Positions 50,751 to 63,483 of a stretch of 64,000 nucleotides of DNA are shown here, piece by piece. A program made the translations under genes and the position numbers. A model generated the notes under the pieces. It was not told the origin of the DNA. It worked only from the letters and a program-made list of their open reading frames with translations, and ran no database searches. This DNA is from Lama guanicoe (Eukaryota), in NCBI GenBank assembly GCA_013239625.1, contig MU054338.1, forward strand, positions 1,800,001 through 1,864,000, in the 5' to 3' direction. How positions within the stretch are numbered: position 1 is the stretch's first letter; each line of letters begins with the position of its first letter.

Positions 50751-51529
50751 GAGGGTCCATCTGCTGGAAGTGACCCCACGGTGCTTGAAGCAGGTGTGTC
50801 ATCTGGGGTGGGGACAAGCTGAGCCCAGAGCTGACTCGGGGAGGTGACGGAAGGCGCCCTGGGGTCCTGCTGTCGCCCACCCCGTGCAGGTGGCCTCCAG
50901 ACCAGAGAACCGCCACAGGAGGAGCTGTTGATGCCGCGAGCGTGGGGACAGGGGGTCACCTGCAGAACTGCTGAGGGCGGCGTGTCCTCTGAGGTGGCGC
51001 TGTTCCCTGACTCGGGTTTTGGCCTCATCGGAGGAGCTGATGGGCTGAGCGTGACGTGTGCGTCCTGAGTGAGGCTGTGAAGGTCAGACTCGGGACGGTT
51101 CCGTGGGCTCAGTTGCCGTTGAGAGGGTTAGTGAATCTGAGGGTTTCTCTGGGTCAGAATTTAAACTCGAGTGGTTCCTCCTGGGGGAGAATTGAGGCCC
51201 AGGGGCGGGGGCACTTCCACCGTGAGGGGGGAGGGCAGGTGTGGAGCGCCCGCCCCCAGCTCAGGGCGGCTGTGACCTGCTGCCTGGGGGTGTCCTCGTG
51301 CGCTGTGGGCAGCGGGCGCCGGTCTGAGCGGCTCACACTTGACTGCTCGTCCCTCTTGGGTCCTCGTGGATCCTGGTGCTGTGTGACTCAGTGCACATGC
51401 ACAGGAGATGTTTGTTCCATCAGCTGAAGGTGTAGGTTTTTATTCACTTGGTTCCTGGTAGTACCTCCCAGTGGGCGGCCCCGGGGTGACGCCCGTCCTG
51501 GCCTTCTAGGGTGTGTTTGGGTGTGAAGG

Positions 51530-52160
51530 GGTAGCCGCTTGTACTTGTGACTCGCGTTTCCCTGGTGACAGATGACCAGCATCCTTGCATGAACTTACTG
51601 GCCATTTGTGTTCCTTCTTTGGAGAAATGTCTGTCCGAATGTTAAGTGTGAGCTTCTCCAAGAGGCCCTTTAGTGTTTAGTACATTCTGTTCCTAGTTTG
51701 CTGAGTATTTTTTAAATTAATTAATAAATTATTTTAAATGGAGGTGCTGGGGATTGACCCCAGGGCCTCATGCACGCTAAGCACCTGCTCTTCCCCTGAG
51801 CTACACCCTCCCCTCTACGGAGTTTTTTTTATCACTGCTGAGTATTTTTATCATGAGGTGACGTGTTTTGACAGATGCTTTTTCTGAGTCTGTTGAGGTG
51901 ATCGTGTGGTTTTTGTTCTTTATTAATAAGGTATATGATGCCAGTGCTTTGTTCCTTTGAACCAACCTTCTCACTCCTGAGATAGACCCCACTTGGCCAT
52001 GGTGCTGAACCCTCCTTACACATCCCAGATTTGGATTGCTAGTATTTCATTGAGGGCTTTTTTTTTTTTCTGTATTTATAAGGAATGCTGTTCTGCAGAT
52101 GTCTTGACATGTGATGTCTCTCTGGTTTCGGTGTTGGGGTAATGCTGGCCTCACGGAGCG
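51530..52160 (-). mobile_element. Old L1 ORF2 (reverse transcriptase region) relic
   Basis: Minus ORF KNKNHTITSTDSEKASVKTRHLMIK resembles L1 ORF2 KNHMIISIDAEKAFDKIQHPFMIK. Confidence 0.8.
51714..51815 (-). mobile_element. tRNA-derived SINE inserted in an L1 ORF2 relic
   Basis: Same family; flanking repeat TGCTGAGTATTTTT near 51699 and 51837. Confidence 0.85.
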
Positions 52161-53080
52161 GGCGAGGAGGTGTCGCCACAGTTCAGCTCTGCACGTGGGT
52201 CCCCGTTGCTAGGGGTGCTGGCGGTCCTCCCGTGTGCTCACTGGCTATCATGTATCTTCTCTGCATAATTGTCTGTTCAGACTCAGTGCCCCGTTACTCC
52301 ACTGTGTCATTTGCCTTGTATGTTGTTTTCTTTAATTTTTTATTGCTGTCATGTCAGTTTTCAAGCACCTCTGATACAAGGCTGCCCTCAGCTGCGACGA
52401 GCAGGCTCCGGCTGCAGTCCCGTTGCCTTCCGTGCTGCTGTTGTGGGTTTTTATTTTTCTTTAGATTTTGTGACCATAGTTTCTGTTGAAAGACATGTCT
52501 GATTTCTCATGTCATAATTGTTATGTCTTTGTTATCACCAGTGCATTGTGGTTCCATATTTCTCTAAAGATAATGATTAGGAGCTTTTTTCCTCTCCGCT
52601 AAAGTCGCTTTGGCTCTCTTACCCTCGGGTCCTTCAACAGCTCTTCCTTGTGGGGGATCTTCCTTGAATCCTGGGCCCTTGGTTATTGGTTTGAGAGGCC
52701 CTGCTGGCTTGACGGATCCCTCAGGAACCAGGCCTGCCCCCACCAACAGGTGAGCCGGGCCCCGGGCCCCACCTGCCTCTGTCCTCAATGTCCCCTCACC
52801 CTGGGAGGGGGCGTGTCTCTGCCTCTGTCCCCTCTGAGGGCATAGGCCCAGGCTACTTGACACTGCTGCCTTTGAATGAAGAGTGGTTCAGACCAGCAGC
52901 ACTGGAAACCGAAGTGTTCACAGCATCCTGATGTTTTGGTTCCCGTTCTTGGAGGCGACAACACAGTAGTAACTTCTGACCAAGCCAGGTGTCCATTTCC
53001 ATGTGACCTGAGCAATGACTTCACTCCAGTCTTTCCTGTGTCTCAGGATCTGATCTCTCAGTAAATGCAGCTGTTTTTAA

Positions 53081-53497
<417 letters not shown>

Positions 53498-54421
53498 TAG
53501 GGACACGGACGGGGACATGTTGAAAGGAAGGCAGGCGTGGTCCCCGCCTTGTAGAACCTACTTAGAGTCAGATAGCGTTTCCATGGAAACAAAGCTTCAC
53601 GTACGACTGACTTTTTACTGTTGGTCAGCCTCCCTAGTTTTAGGGATTAATCAGAGGCTCCCTGATCCTGTGAATGCGAGCACAGCCTCCAGGGTCACGG
53701 GGCGGCGAGAGCAGCGCCTGTGGTCAGCACACGTGTGGCGTGGGCACCTGCTGCAGTCTCATCCACGCATGCCTGTCCCCAGTGACGGGGACAGGGCACC
53801 GGCCCGTCTTACGAAATGCTGTGTCCCCCGCCCTCCCTCAGCGCGAGCTGTTCTCGGGAGCAGGGCAGCAGCCCCACAGCGTCGCCCTCCCGGTGGCGGC
53901 TGGGGCAGGGGAGGCGGGCTTCCCCGGGGCCCTGCCTGCGCTCAGCAGGAGCGCCGCTCTCAGGAGGGGCAGGTCTGGGCGAGGGAGCGGTACCCGGACG
54001 TGCCCATTAGAAACAGGACTCAGTCTTGGAGAAGGTGACGTTTGTCCTTCACCTGGCCCCCTGTGGGGCTTCTCGCCCACCCTCACCCACTTTCTGTTGC
54101 TCGTGTTAGAAAGGGAGCGTCTGGGGACGTGCGCTGTGCCCAGCTCCTTTCCCCTTGGCTTCTCCGATGACGGTCCCCATTCTTCTTGAAGTGCCTCTTA
54201 GTGAGCAGGCTGCCACTGTGACTCATTCTCCCCGTGACGCCCAAAGGCCCAAATCATCGAGGTCCTCAGCGTTTCCTTTGTTCTTTTGTCCACTTTTCCT
54301 TAAAAAACATGTATGCATTTTCGGATCAATCTATGAAAAGAAGTCTGCATATGGTCTGTTTTCTTTCAATTATACCACCATTTTTTTCCAAAGAAATTAA
54401 GCAATGCTACCAATGTTGCAG

Positions 54422-54599
54422 GTTCTTGCTCTCAAGTTAACACCAGTGGATCAAGTTCTTGGTGGGCTATTTTAGAGGGTGAAATATCCAGTGAACAAAA
54501 CCTAGTAGGATTCCCAGGAAATGATTCCTGGTCTGTTTTTGGAGAAAATTGGATGTTTCATAACAACAGGGATCGCCAAGCCCAGGAGAGGCGTTTGAG
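54422..54599 (+). CDS. ZNF77: ZNF77-like exon 3 (linker)
   Basis: 178 nt, open, phase 1-2, TTGCAG/GTGAGT; TSGSSS...NDSWSVFGENW resembles human ZNF77 TSGSSS...SDSWSIFGENW (recalled). Confidence 0.82.
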
Positions 54600-54991
54600 G
54601 TGAGTGGCTCCCACAGGGGAGTGGGGGCATCTCGGCACACTGTTAGGTGTAAACCTAGCTGAACAATTATGTACCTACGGAATCTTTATAGCACAATACT
54701 TTTATAAATATGATGTAGATATTGAGTGTCTGAGACAGAGTTCAGTAGGAAGCAACCATCAGGAAATCTCATGTGTGAAAAACACTGAAAGTTATGGCTC
54801 TGTTTGAGCCCCAGCCGGAGCATTAAACTTGTTACACTTTGAAACAATGCAGACAGTGGGGAAAACTTGCCCATTTAGTGCAAATGGCAAATACATAGTC
54901 AAAATAATCATTACTATCCATCAATAAGTTATTAACAAAGAGATGATTAATAATCATTAATCCCTAATACTGTGCTTCTGATTTTGAACAG

Positions 54992-56183
54992 AAGTCATTG
55001 GGTGGAGAGTCTCTTTGGAGGTAACGAGGGTCATCAGTGTGGAGAAACCCTGAACCAGAATCCAGGCCTTCCTGAGGACAAGGGTGATCTGACTGCACCT
55101 CAGCTCCATAAGTGCAGTAAGTGTGGAAGAGCCTTCAGGGGTCATTCTTTCTTGGAGAATCAGCTGAGATCTCACAGTGGACACAAATCTCATCGGTGTG
55201 AGGAGTGCGGGCAAGCCTGCAGCTGTGTCTCCTGCCTGCGCAGTCCTGGGGGAACAGACGTAGTTCTGTCCCCTGTAAATGTCAGGGATGCTGGGAGAGT
55301 GTTTAAGAGAGATGTGAAGAGTCACGGGAGTGAGCAGTCCTTCGACTGTAAAAAATCTGGAAAAGCTGTCACTTGTCCCTCTTCCTTTCGAGGCCATCTG
55401 AGAGGTCACTCTGGACAGAAAGTCCACGTGTGTGAAGTATGTGGGAAATCCTTTACGTATTATTCCTACCTTGCGCGGCACGTGAGAACTCACACGGGAG
55501 AAAAGCCCTACGAGTGTAAGGAGTGTGGGGAAGCCTTCCGGTACCCCAGACCCCTGGGAAGACACGCGACAGGACACGCCGGAGAGAAGCCGCACGTGTG
55601 TAAGGAGTGTGGGAAGGCCTTCAGTTGTCCCAGATACTTCAGAAGGCACATGAAGACACACAGTGGGTTGAAGCCCCACAAATGTACGGAGTGCGGGAAG
55701 GCCTACAGTTGCTCCTCGTCCCTTCGAGAGCACGTACGAACGCACAGTGAAGAGAAGCCCTATGAATGTCAGCACTGTGGGAAGGCCTTCAGGCATGAGC
55801 GGTATTTTAAAAAGCACGTGAGAATGCACAGCGGAGTGAAACCCTACGCGTGTGTGGAATGTGGGAAAGCCTACAGTTGTTCCACGTCCCTTCGAGAGCA
55901 TGAGAGGACGCACACCGGGGAAAGACCCTTCGAATGTCAGCACTGTGGGAAAGCCTTCACGCGCCATGCCTCCCTTCGAGGACACGTGAGGACACACAGT
56001 GGGGAGAGAGCCTACAGATGCACACAGTGTGGAAAAGCTTTCTGTTGGCCCTCGTCATTACGGAAGCACGTGAGGACGCACAGCGAGGAGAAGCCCTACG
56101 AGTGTCCACAGTGTGGGAAAGCCTTCTGGTATCCCGTAAACCTGCGAGGACACATGAGGACACACGCTGGGGAGAAACTCTGA
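54992..56183 (+). CDS. ZNF77: ZNF77-like zinc-finger exon, 9 intact fingers after about 4 degenerate ones
   Basis: NEGHQCGETL, CGQACSC, CPSSFRGH, YYSYLARH and HSGVKPY are ZNF77-like; joined CDS 1500 nt = 499 aa. Confidence 0.85.
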
Positions 56184-57559
56184 ATACGAGGACTGGGGGG
56201 AGGCTTCCTTCCCCCTTAAAACCTTGTAAATGTGAGCAATCACAGGAGAGAAATATGAATCAAAAGAAGGTGGGGGAACCTTAAGCACATCACTTACTTT
56301 ATATGTGAAAACTCAGGGAAGGAAAAAACTTTTCATGGATATGAATACAGGTTTTCCTCCGTAAGTGCCTCATCTGGATAAGGATCCAGTGTGTTGACTT
56401 CTAGTTCGTGTCCTGATCTGAACACTTAAGATCGTCACTGTCCCTCTGTGTCCCCTTCACCGGGGCTACTCGCATTTTGTTATCTTGGACTTTACATAAT
56501 TACACAGTCATATAAAAACTTGTCTTGTTTCCATTACGGTGTCATTTGAACCAGGGGTGGAAGTGGTTTTCAGCTTTTTTTTTTTCATGTGCAAGTTGGT
56601 ATAATTTTTAGATGAAAAGGTTTCTGATTCTTTCTTGGCGTTGTGATCCTGGGATGTGATCCTGATAGGCGACCGGCACTGTTGAAATGTCCTGTCTGGT
56701 CCAGCGTCGCAGGCGCTGGGCTCTCCTGACTCCACCCTTGTCCTCCTTGAGTCTGTTACCGAGAGGTGTGTCTTCCATGTTTGTTTGTTGCTAGTAATAC
56801 CGTGTATGTGTGTGTTCCTCACAGAAACTAGGAATTGTGGGAGGTCTTGGAAGGTGACAATCTTACCTGATTATGTTTATAACTTGGCATCTGCCCATTG
56901 TCCCTGATTTTGGTTGGATATTGGACATGATGCATTGAGTAACTGACCCGGTGGCGTGAAGATGAAAGCTCGTGTGCAGACGGTTCTACTGAGTTGTGTT
57001 GTGGGCGTGGGTAATCCGGTGGGAGACTAACCCAGAGTCCTTCTGTCAGTGGTTCTGAGTTGAAGTTCCTGAGAAGAGGAAGAGGCATGAGGTCTGGAGA
57101 ACAGAGGTGAGGAAGCCATGAGCCTCAGGTCTTCTGTACTGTCAGGAGGTGGAGACACACGGGAACTTACTGGGCCCAGTTTTCTGGCTCCTGGCCCTGC
57201 CCACGTGGGCCAGCCCCCAAGCAGACACGTGTTTGACATTAGTTCCTTCTTGGGCGCTTCTCCCCAAGTTCCTGCATGAATCCTCTTTGGTTTTCAGGTT
57301 CATACTTAGTGATCTTGTGCCTGCCCACGTCCAGCAGACCTGCCCCCGTCCAGCAGACCTTCCTGCGTGATTTCTGTAGGAAGCCTCGTGTTCCTCTAGT
57401 AGGGGAGATGTTCCTTCCTCCACATTTAATATGGCAGCAGGAACCTGCTTCCCTGGCTGCACTGTTGAGAGTTTATACTGACCCTGAATTTCTTGTTTCT
57501 ATATTCTTCCATGATTGAAATAACCGCTTAGGAGTGTATCTGGGGCAGTTTTTGGGGCA

Positions 57560-58620
57560 TTTTCTCTTGCAGACACGGCTTTCTAAATAGTGTGCTGATG
57601 ACCTTCCTTCCCGCAGCTCAGTGGTGCACCGCTCTACTTGCTGGACGAGATGCTGCCTGCGTCAGGAACTGTTCCAACTAATTAAATTTGATCTTTAAGT
57701 TTACTCAGTGAATTTCTGCTGTTGAACAGATTTGGTGTCAACAGTGGGATTGAAGGACATTCCAACAATATTCAGAGGAAAGAAACAGGCGTGATGCCCA
57801 CAAACCCTTTTCTGAGTTCGCTGTCTTTCTCACCATGTCTCTGAGGGCTGTGGGTAAGTTCCTGTCAGCTCTGAGCTCTGCTTGCTTTGTGTTGCACGCC
57901 CAGTCAAACTGGCTTTCCAGTCCAGGGTTTAGTGGGTCAGCTTGCGCTGGAAGATGGTCCCATCCGGAGCCCGAGTCCCTGGTCCTTAGTTTGGTCTGTA
58001 ATTTCCTGCTTGCTTGGAGCCCCTTTCCCAAGCTGCACCCCACAGCTCCTGCTTGCTGGGGCTGCCGGCACAGCCCCCGCCCCAGCTCCAGTCCGCCAGC
58101 CCCTCGTGCTGGGGTCTCCTTCCTCGGCCCGTGCTGGGAAGTGCTGGCGGCGCGCACAGCCCCCCCAGCCCGCCTGCGGTCACACGCCTGGGCTCTTGCT
58201 GGTTTGGTTGGGTGCACGTGTGTGTTTGTCTCATTTTGTGTAGATAAAGGCTACTGCTAACGTGGATCTTAGAAACCAAACATCCACAAAAATTGGTGGT
58301 CACAGATCAAGAACTTAAGAACTGTCAGAACACTTGCCACTGAACTCAGAGACACCCACGTTAGGATAAGTTGGTCACAGAATGGGTTGGATTGGTACCA
58401 GGTAACCCGTCAAATCATGAAAATTTCCATGCAGTGAGGTGCACTGTACACTACCACACAGTTTCCAACTCGGCGGCATGTTCCTTGTAGGTATTAGTTT
58501 GACTCCAAGTGACCCAAAGTATAAGAAAGAAATGGGGAGAGGGAGGGAGGAAAGAGAAAAATAAATAGTAAAATGAGATCCGTCATAGTCAGAGTTAGTA
58601 AGCATACCACCTTCCAGGGA
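57560..58620 (+). mobile_element. ERV 5' LTR end, tRNA-Leu primer-binding site and leader
   Basis: LTR-like end ...GTTGAACA near 57728; TGGTGTCAACAGTGGGAT at 57733-57750 (16/18 to the tRNA-Leu PBS); donor GTAAGT 57854-57859. Confidence 0.65.
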
Positions 58621-58664
58621 CCTGTTGGGGAGCTATGGTCCCAGAGCTAGAAATACCTATTTTT

Positions 58665-59400
58665 AAAAATGCTGGACAGGGTGTGGAGAAAGAGGAACCC
58701 TCCTGCACTGTTGCTGTGAGTGTAAATTGGTACAGAGATCACAGAAAACACTATAGACATTCCTTAGAAAAATAAAAATAGACTTTCCATATGATCCAGC
58801 AATCCCACTCCTGGGCACATACCCAGAGAAAACTCTCAATTCAGAAAGACACATGCACCCCCGTGTTCATAGCAGTGCTAGTTACAATAGCCAAGACACG
58901 GGAACAGCCCTAATGTCCATCACCAGATGACTGGATAAAAAAGCTGTGGTGTATTTATACAATGAGATACTTCTCAGGCATTTAAAAAAATGAAATACTG
59001 CCATTTGCGGCAAAATGTATAGACCTAGAGGTTATATTAAAGTAAGTCAGAAAGAAAAATAGCATGTATCATTTATATGTGGAATCTCCAAAAAATGGTA
59101 CAAATTCTATTTACAAACCAAAAACAGACTCAGACATAGAAAACAAACTATGGTTAGGAAAGAGGAAAGGAGGCAGGGAGGGATATATAAGGAGTTTGGG
59201 ATTTGCAGATACACACTATTATATGCAAAACAGATAAACAGGGACCTACTGTATAGGACAGGAAACCATATTCAATATCTTGTAATAAGCTATATAGAAA
59301 GAATCTGAAAAAATGTATGTATATGTATACCTGAATCACTTGGCTGTACACCTGAAACTAACATTGTAAACCAACTACATTTCAATACAAAATAAAATTT
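58665..59400 (+). mobile_element. L1 3' end (ORF2 tail and 3' UTR)
   Basis: ATATGATCCAGCAATCCCACTCCTGGGCA...; A-rich end near 59390. Confidence 0.9.
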
Positions 59401-59634
59401 TTTTAAAAACCAGAGAGAGAGAGACTCCTCCAGTGAGGTCTGTCTTTGACTGCCTTGATTGTTGCTAGTTTGGGTCTTCAGGACAGAGGCTGTGAAGTAC
59501 ACCCCAGTCATTGGGGAATATCCTGCCTATTGTAGTAATAATCTCCCTGGTGCATTAACACCTCCTCTCAGAGGCTTTAAACACATTCTTACAGCCTCCT
59601 ACCACCAAACCAACAATCTCCTTAAGATTAGAAC

Positions 59635-60600
59635 GTGTCGACCGGTAACAATTGAGCTTGCAGGGAACAGAGACCTTTATTGGGGGTCTTAAGAATTGCA
59701 ACTCAGGAGATAGACTCTGGTAAAACCAAGAGCGTTCCAGGGAAGAGAACGAGTCGGGGGTTTATACAGGTGAAAGCTGAGCAGCTGTACTCTGACACAA
59801 GAAAGGAAATGCCTGTGAGGGATGGCTGTCAGGAGATGCTTTGGGGTGAGGGTCTGATAAGCATTTTGACTTTCTTCCCCACTGGGCAGAAGCTCTCGAT
59901 GCCTGCATTAAGACAGTAACTGGTCTAACTTTATTTTTATTTTTCTCTAGAAAAGATGGGTTTATTTTGAATCAGCGGAGAATTACGACTTGGAGTCTGC
60001 AACCATGGCAAGCCACGTGCAATTGCCTGCATGGCAAGGGAGTGACTTGGCTGAGGCGGGGGGGGGGTTCCTATTATCTTTTGTTTTTAATTGAAGGATA
60101 GTCAGTTACAATGTGTCAACTTCTGATGTACAGCATAATGTCCCAGTCATGCATATACATACATACATCTCTGGCTCCCTTTGAGAGAGCTCTCTTAGCA
60201 GCACTGACTCCATTTTGATATTCCTTTCACAAACATCAGGAAAGGAACCAAGATAATGATGGACTTAAAGATTATGAGCCTGCAACAGTGATTTACGAAT
60301 ATCATAGGAATTGAACAAAAAGCTTAATGACCTGCGGATGCCTCACAGAAGATGAACAAAATCCACAAGGTTGAGAGAGGGACAGAGGGGTAGCTGGGGG
60401 TGGTGCTCATGCCTTAAAATAACGTAACATCTCTCTGTGAAGCTGAGAGTCTGATCAAAAGGTGCAAATTGTTTTGTTTTCTGGAGAAGGATTTATTGCT
60501 TGCAGCAAGTAAGGAGAAGATAGGGGATCTTTCCCAAAGCAGTCTCCCTGAGGAGCAAAACCGGGGAAGTTTTAAGCTAAGGCTGCCCACATATTCATCC
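59635..60600 (-). mobile_element. Nested ERV LTR fragments
   Basis: TG-initiated segments with antisense TTTATT signals near 59676 and 60492, mixed with an L1 fragment. Confidence 0.5.
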
Positions 60601-60604
60601 TTTT

Positions 60605-61285
60605 ATGGAAGTCTAGTTGGTTTACAATGTTGTGTTAATTTCTCAGGCACACCAAAGTGATTCAGTTATACATGTATGTATCCTTTTTCATATTTTCCAT
60701 TATAGGTTATTATAACATATTGTATAAACTTCCCTGTGCTACACAGTAGAACCTTTTTGTCTTATCTATTTTATATATAGTAGTGTGTATCTGCTAATCC
60801 CAAACTCCTCTTTTACCCCTCCTCACCGCTTTCCTCTTTGGTAACTGTAAGTTTTCTCTGTCTGTGAGTCTGTTTCTGTTTTGTCAGTAAATTCATTTGT
60901 ATCATTTTTTAGATTCCACATGTAAGTGATACCATATATTTGTCTTTCTCTGTCTGATTTAGCATGATAACCTCTAGGTCCATCCATGTTGCTGCAAATG
61001 GCATTATTTCATTCTTTTCTATGGCTGAGTAATATTCCATTATATATATCTCACATCTTCCTTAGCCATTCATCCGTTGATGGGCACTTAGGTTGTCATG
61101 TCTTGGCTGTTGTAAATAGAGCTGCTATGAACATTAAGGTACATGTGTGTCTTTTTGAATTAGAGGTTCGTCTTTCCCAGATATATGCTCAGGAGTAAGA
61201 TTGCTGGACCAAATGGTAACTCTATGTTTAGTTATTACAGGAACCTCCGTACTGGTTCCCGTTGTGACTGCACCAGATTACATTC
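60605..61285 (-). mobile_element. L1 3' end
   Basis: Antisense ORF2 tail and UTR, same family as 58665-59400. Confidence 0.88.
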
Positions 61286-61298
61286 AGAAGGTGGGAGT

Positions 61299-61676
61299 TG
61301 TTAATAACAAACACAGCAGACCCAAGATGGGGTGACTTGTGCAAAACCCCACATCGGCAATCCAGGACTTAACACTTAACCTAAACTGCAGTTTTATCTT
61401 CCCCCAGGGATGAGGCCTTGAACCTGGGATTTTCTGGTTAACACTGGTGAGGTGGTCACTGGACGGCAATGTCCCTGTTTGCTTAGGAGGCCCCCTTGCC
61501 TGAAACAGTGACCCTTGCTGATACTTTCCTTCTGTCACCTCTCTGCCTTCACAGACCTTTTCTTTTCTGCAACTTGGTGGAGCCCCTTTCTGTTTGCTAG
61601 ATACCCAACTCATTAACTGTTCAAAGAAGTCCATCTGATCTACAGATTTACTCGGTTGAATTTTTGTTGCTAAACA
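61299..61676 (+). mobile_element. ERV LTR relic
   Basis: TGTTAA...TAAACA termini; similar to 48090-48500 and to the LTR end at 57728. Confidence 0.6.
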
Positions 61677-61814
61677 GTTGGGTGCTTATTTTGTAATACT
61701 TGTGTCAAAAGTACATTTTATGCATTATTATGCACGTGTATCTTGCAGTAAAATGTTAGGCTGTCAAGTCACATCACTCACCACAGTATCACATTTAAGA
61801 ACTGTCTCCTTACA

Positions 61815-62234
61815 AAAGTCCATTGACAGATAACTGGATAAAGAAGTTGTAATAAATTTATACAATGGAATATTACTCAGCCATAAAAAAGAATGAAATA
61901 ATGCCATTTGTAGCAACATGGATGGACCTAGAGATTATCATATTCAGTGAAGTAAGTCAGAGAGAAAGACAAATATCATATGATATCACTTACATGTGGA
62001 ATCTTTTAAAATGACACAAAAGAACTTATTTACAAAATAAACAGAATCACAGACATAGAAAACAAACTTATGGTTACCAAGGTGGAAAGGGGTGCGGGAA
62101 GGGATAAATTGGGAGCTTGGGATTTGCAGATACTAACTACTATATATAAAGTAGATAAACAAGGTCCTACTGTACAGCACAGGGAACTATATTCAATATC
62201 TTGTAATGGCCTATAATGGAAAAGAATATATATA

Positions 62235-62265
<31 letters not shown>

Positions 62266-62340
62266 ATAACTGAATCACTATGCTGTACACCAGAAACTAA
62301 CACAAGATTGTAAATTAACTATACTTCAATTTAAAAAACT
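61815..62340 (+). mobile_element. L1 3' end containing a (TG)n microsatellite at about 62239-62266
   Basis: GCCATAAAAAAGAATGAAATAATGCCATTTGTAGCAACATGGATGGACCTAGAG. Confidence 0.9.
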
Positions 62341-62809
62341 ATCTCCAGCAGGTCTGATGCCTGCTCCTAACAAGAAAAAAAAAAGCTACCTCAAATTATC
62401 TCATAAATGGAGAAGAGGAATATCTGCTATTCAGAATTTATACATGACAAATTTATTAGTAATTCTGAAATACGTGAGAACTCCCACAGCTTTGGAAGGG
62501 CATCTTCATGAAAAAGTTTATGAAAGAATGCATATACAAGTAGTCAAAGGTCACTTACTCAATAAACTTTTTTGAGGGTAGCATGTTTAATCACGTTTTT
62601 AAACTTCCCATTGTCTTGTACAAAGTGAAAATTTAGAAGAAACCTTTCTTTTTCTTTAAGAAACACAGAATGTAAGAATCACCACTGATGAAAAAACATT
62701 AAAACATTTTATAAAAACATGGATCTTAGATCAAGGAACTACAGTATTTGTCGACTGAACAATTTAGTAAGAAGACAAAATAAGCTGACATGCATTTAAG
62801 TCAGATGTT

Positions 62810-63290
62810 ATAAAGAAGTGTTGTCGAGGATGTGGAGAGATTAGAACACTGTACACTGACGGTGGGGTTGGGAAATGGTGCAGTCACTGCAGGTAAGAGC
62901 TTCGTGGTTCCTCAAAAAGTTAAGCATAGAACTGCCCTGTGACCCAGCCACTCCACTCCTGCCTGCATTGAAACAGATGCTCAAACACGTGTACATGAAT
63001 GGTGGTTGCAGCTCTGTTCAAAATGGCCAAAAGGTGGAAACGTCCAGAATGTCCATCAGTGCATGAAGGATAAACAAAGTGTACCCTGTACATAGGATGG
63101 GAGATTAATCAGCCATAGAAAGGAAGGAAACTCTGGCTTAGGCTGCAACGTGAATGAACCCTGACAATATTATGCTGAAGAACAAAGCCAGACACAAAAG
63201 TTCAGTGGTGTATGAGTCCGTTTATGTATATCTAAAATGTCCATAACAGGTCAATCCAGAGACAGAAAGTATTTCAGTGGTGATCAGGAC
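62810..63290 (+). mobile_element. Old L1 (L1MB-like) ORF2 tail
   Basis: WFLKKLSIELPCDPATPLL translation. Confidence 0.8.
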
Positions 63291-63483
63291 GTAATCCTGA
63301 TGTAATGGTATGCTATAATGGCCTTATAATTCATTCTTAAATGAAAAGGTAATTCACAACCGTAAGGTTCACACTCAAGTTTAAAACTCTGGCTATATAT
63401 TTGTATATCTCACAGCTGTACAACCAACACTGTACAATATAGCCTTTCACAGTTCACTGGGACTGACTTAAAGCTGATGTGAT

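Noticed and set aside
54957..55997. 346-aa minus-strand ORF
   Set aside because: Antisense shadow of the C2H2 repeat exon (recurring EGFPT/VGLLS); same for 15881-16177, 30726-31073 and 31140-31421.
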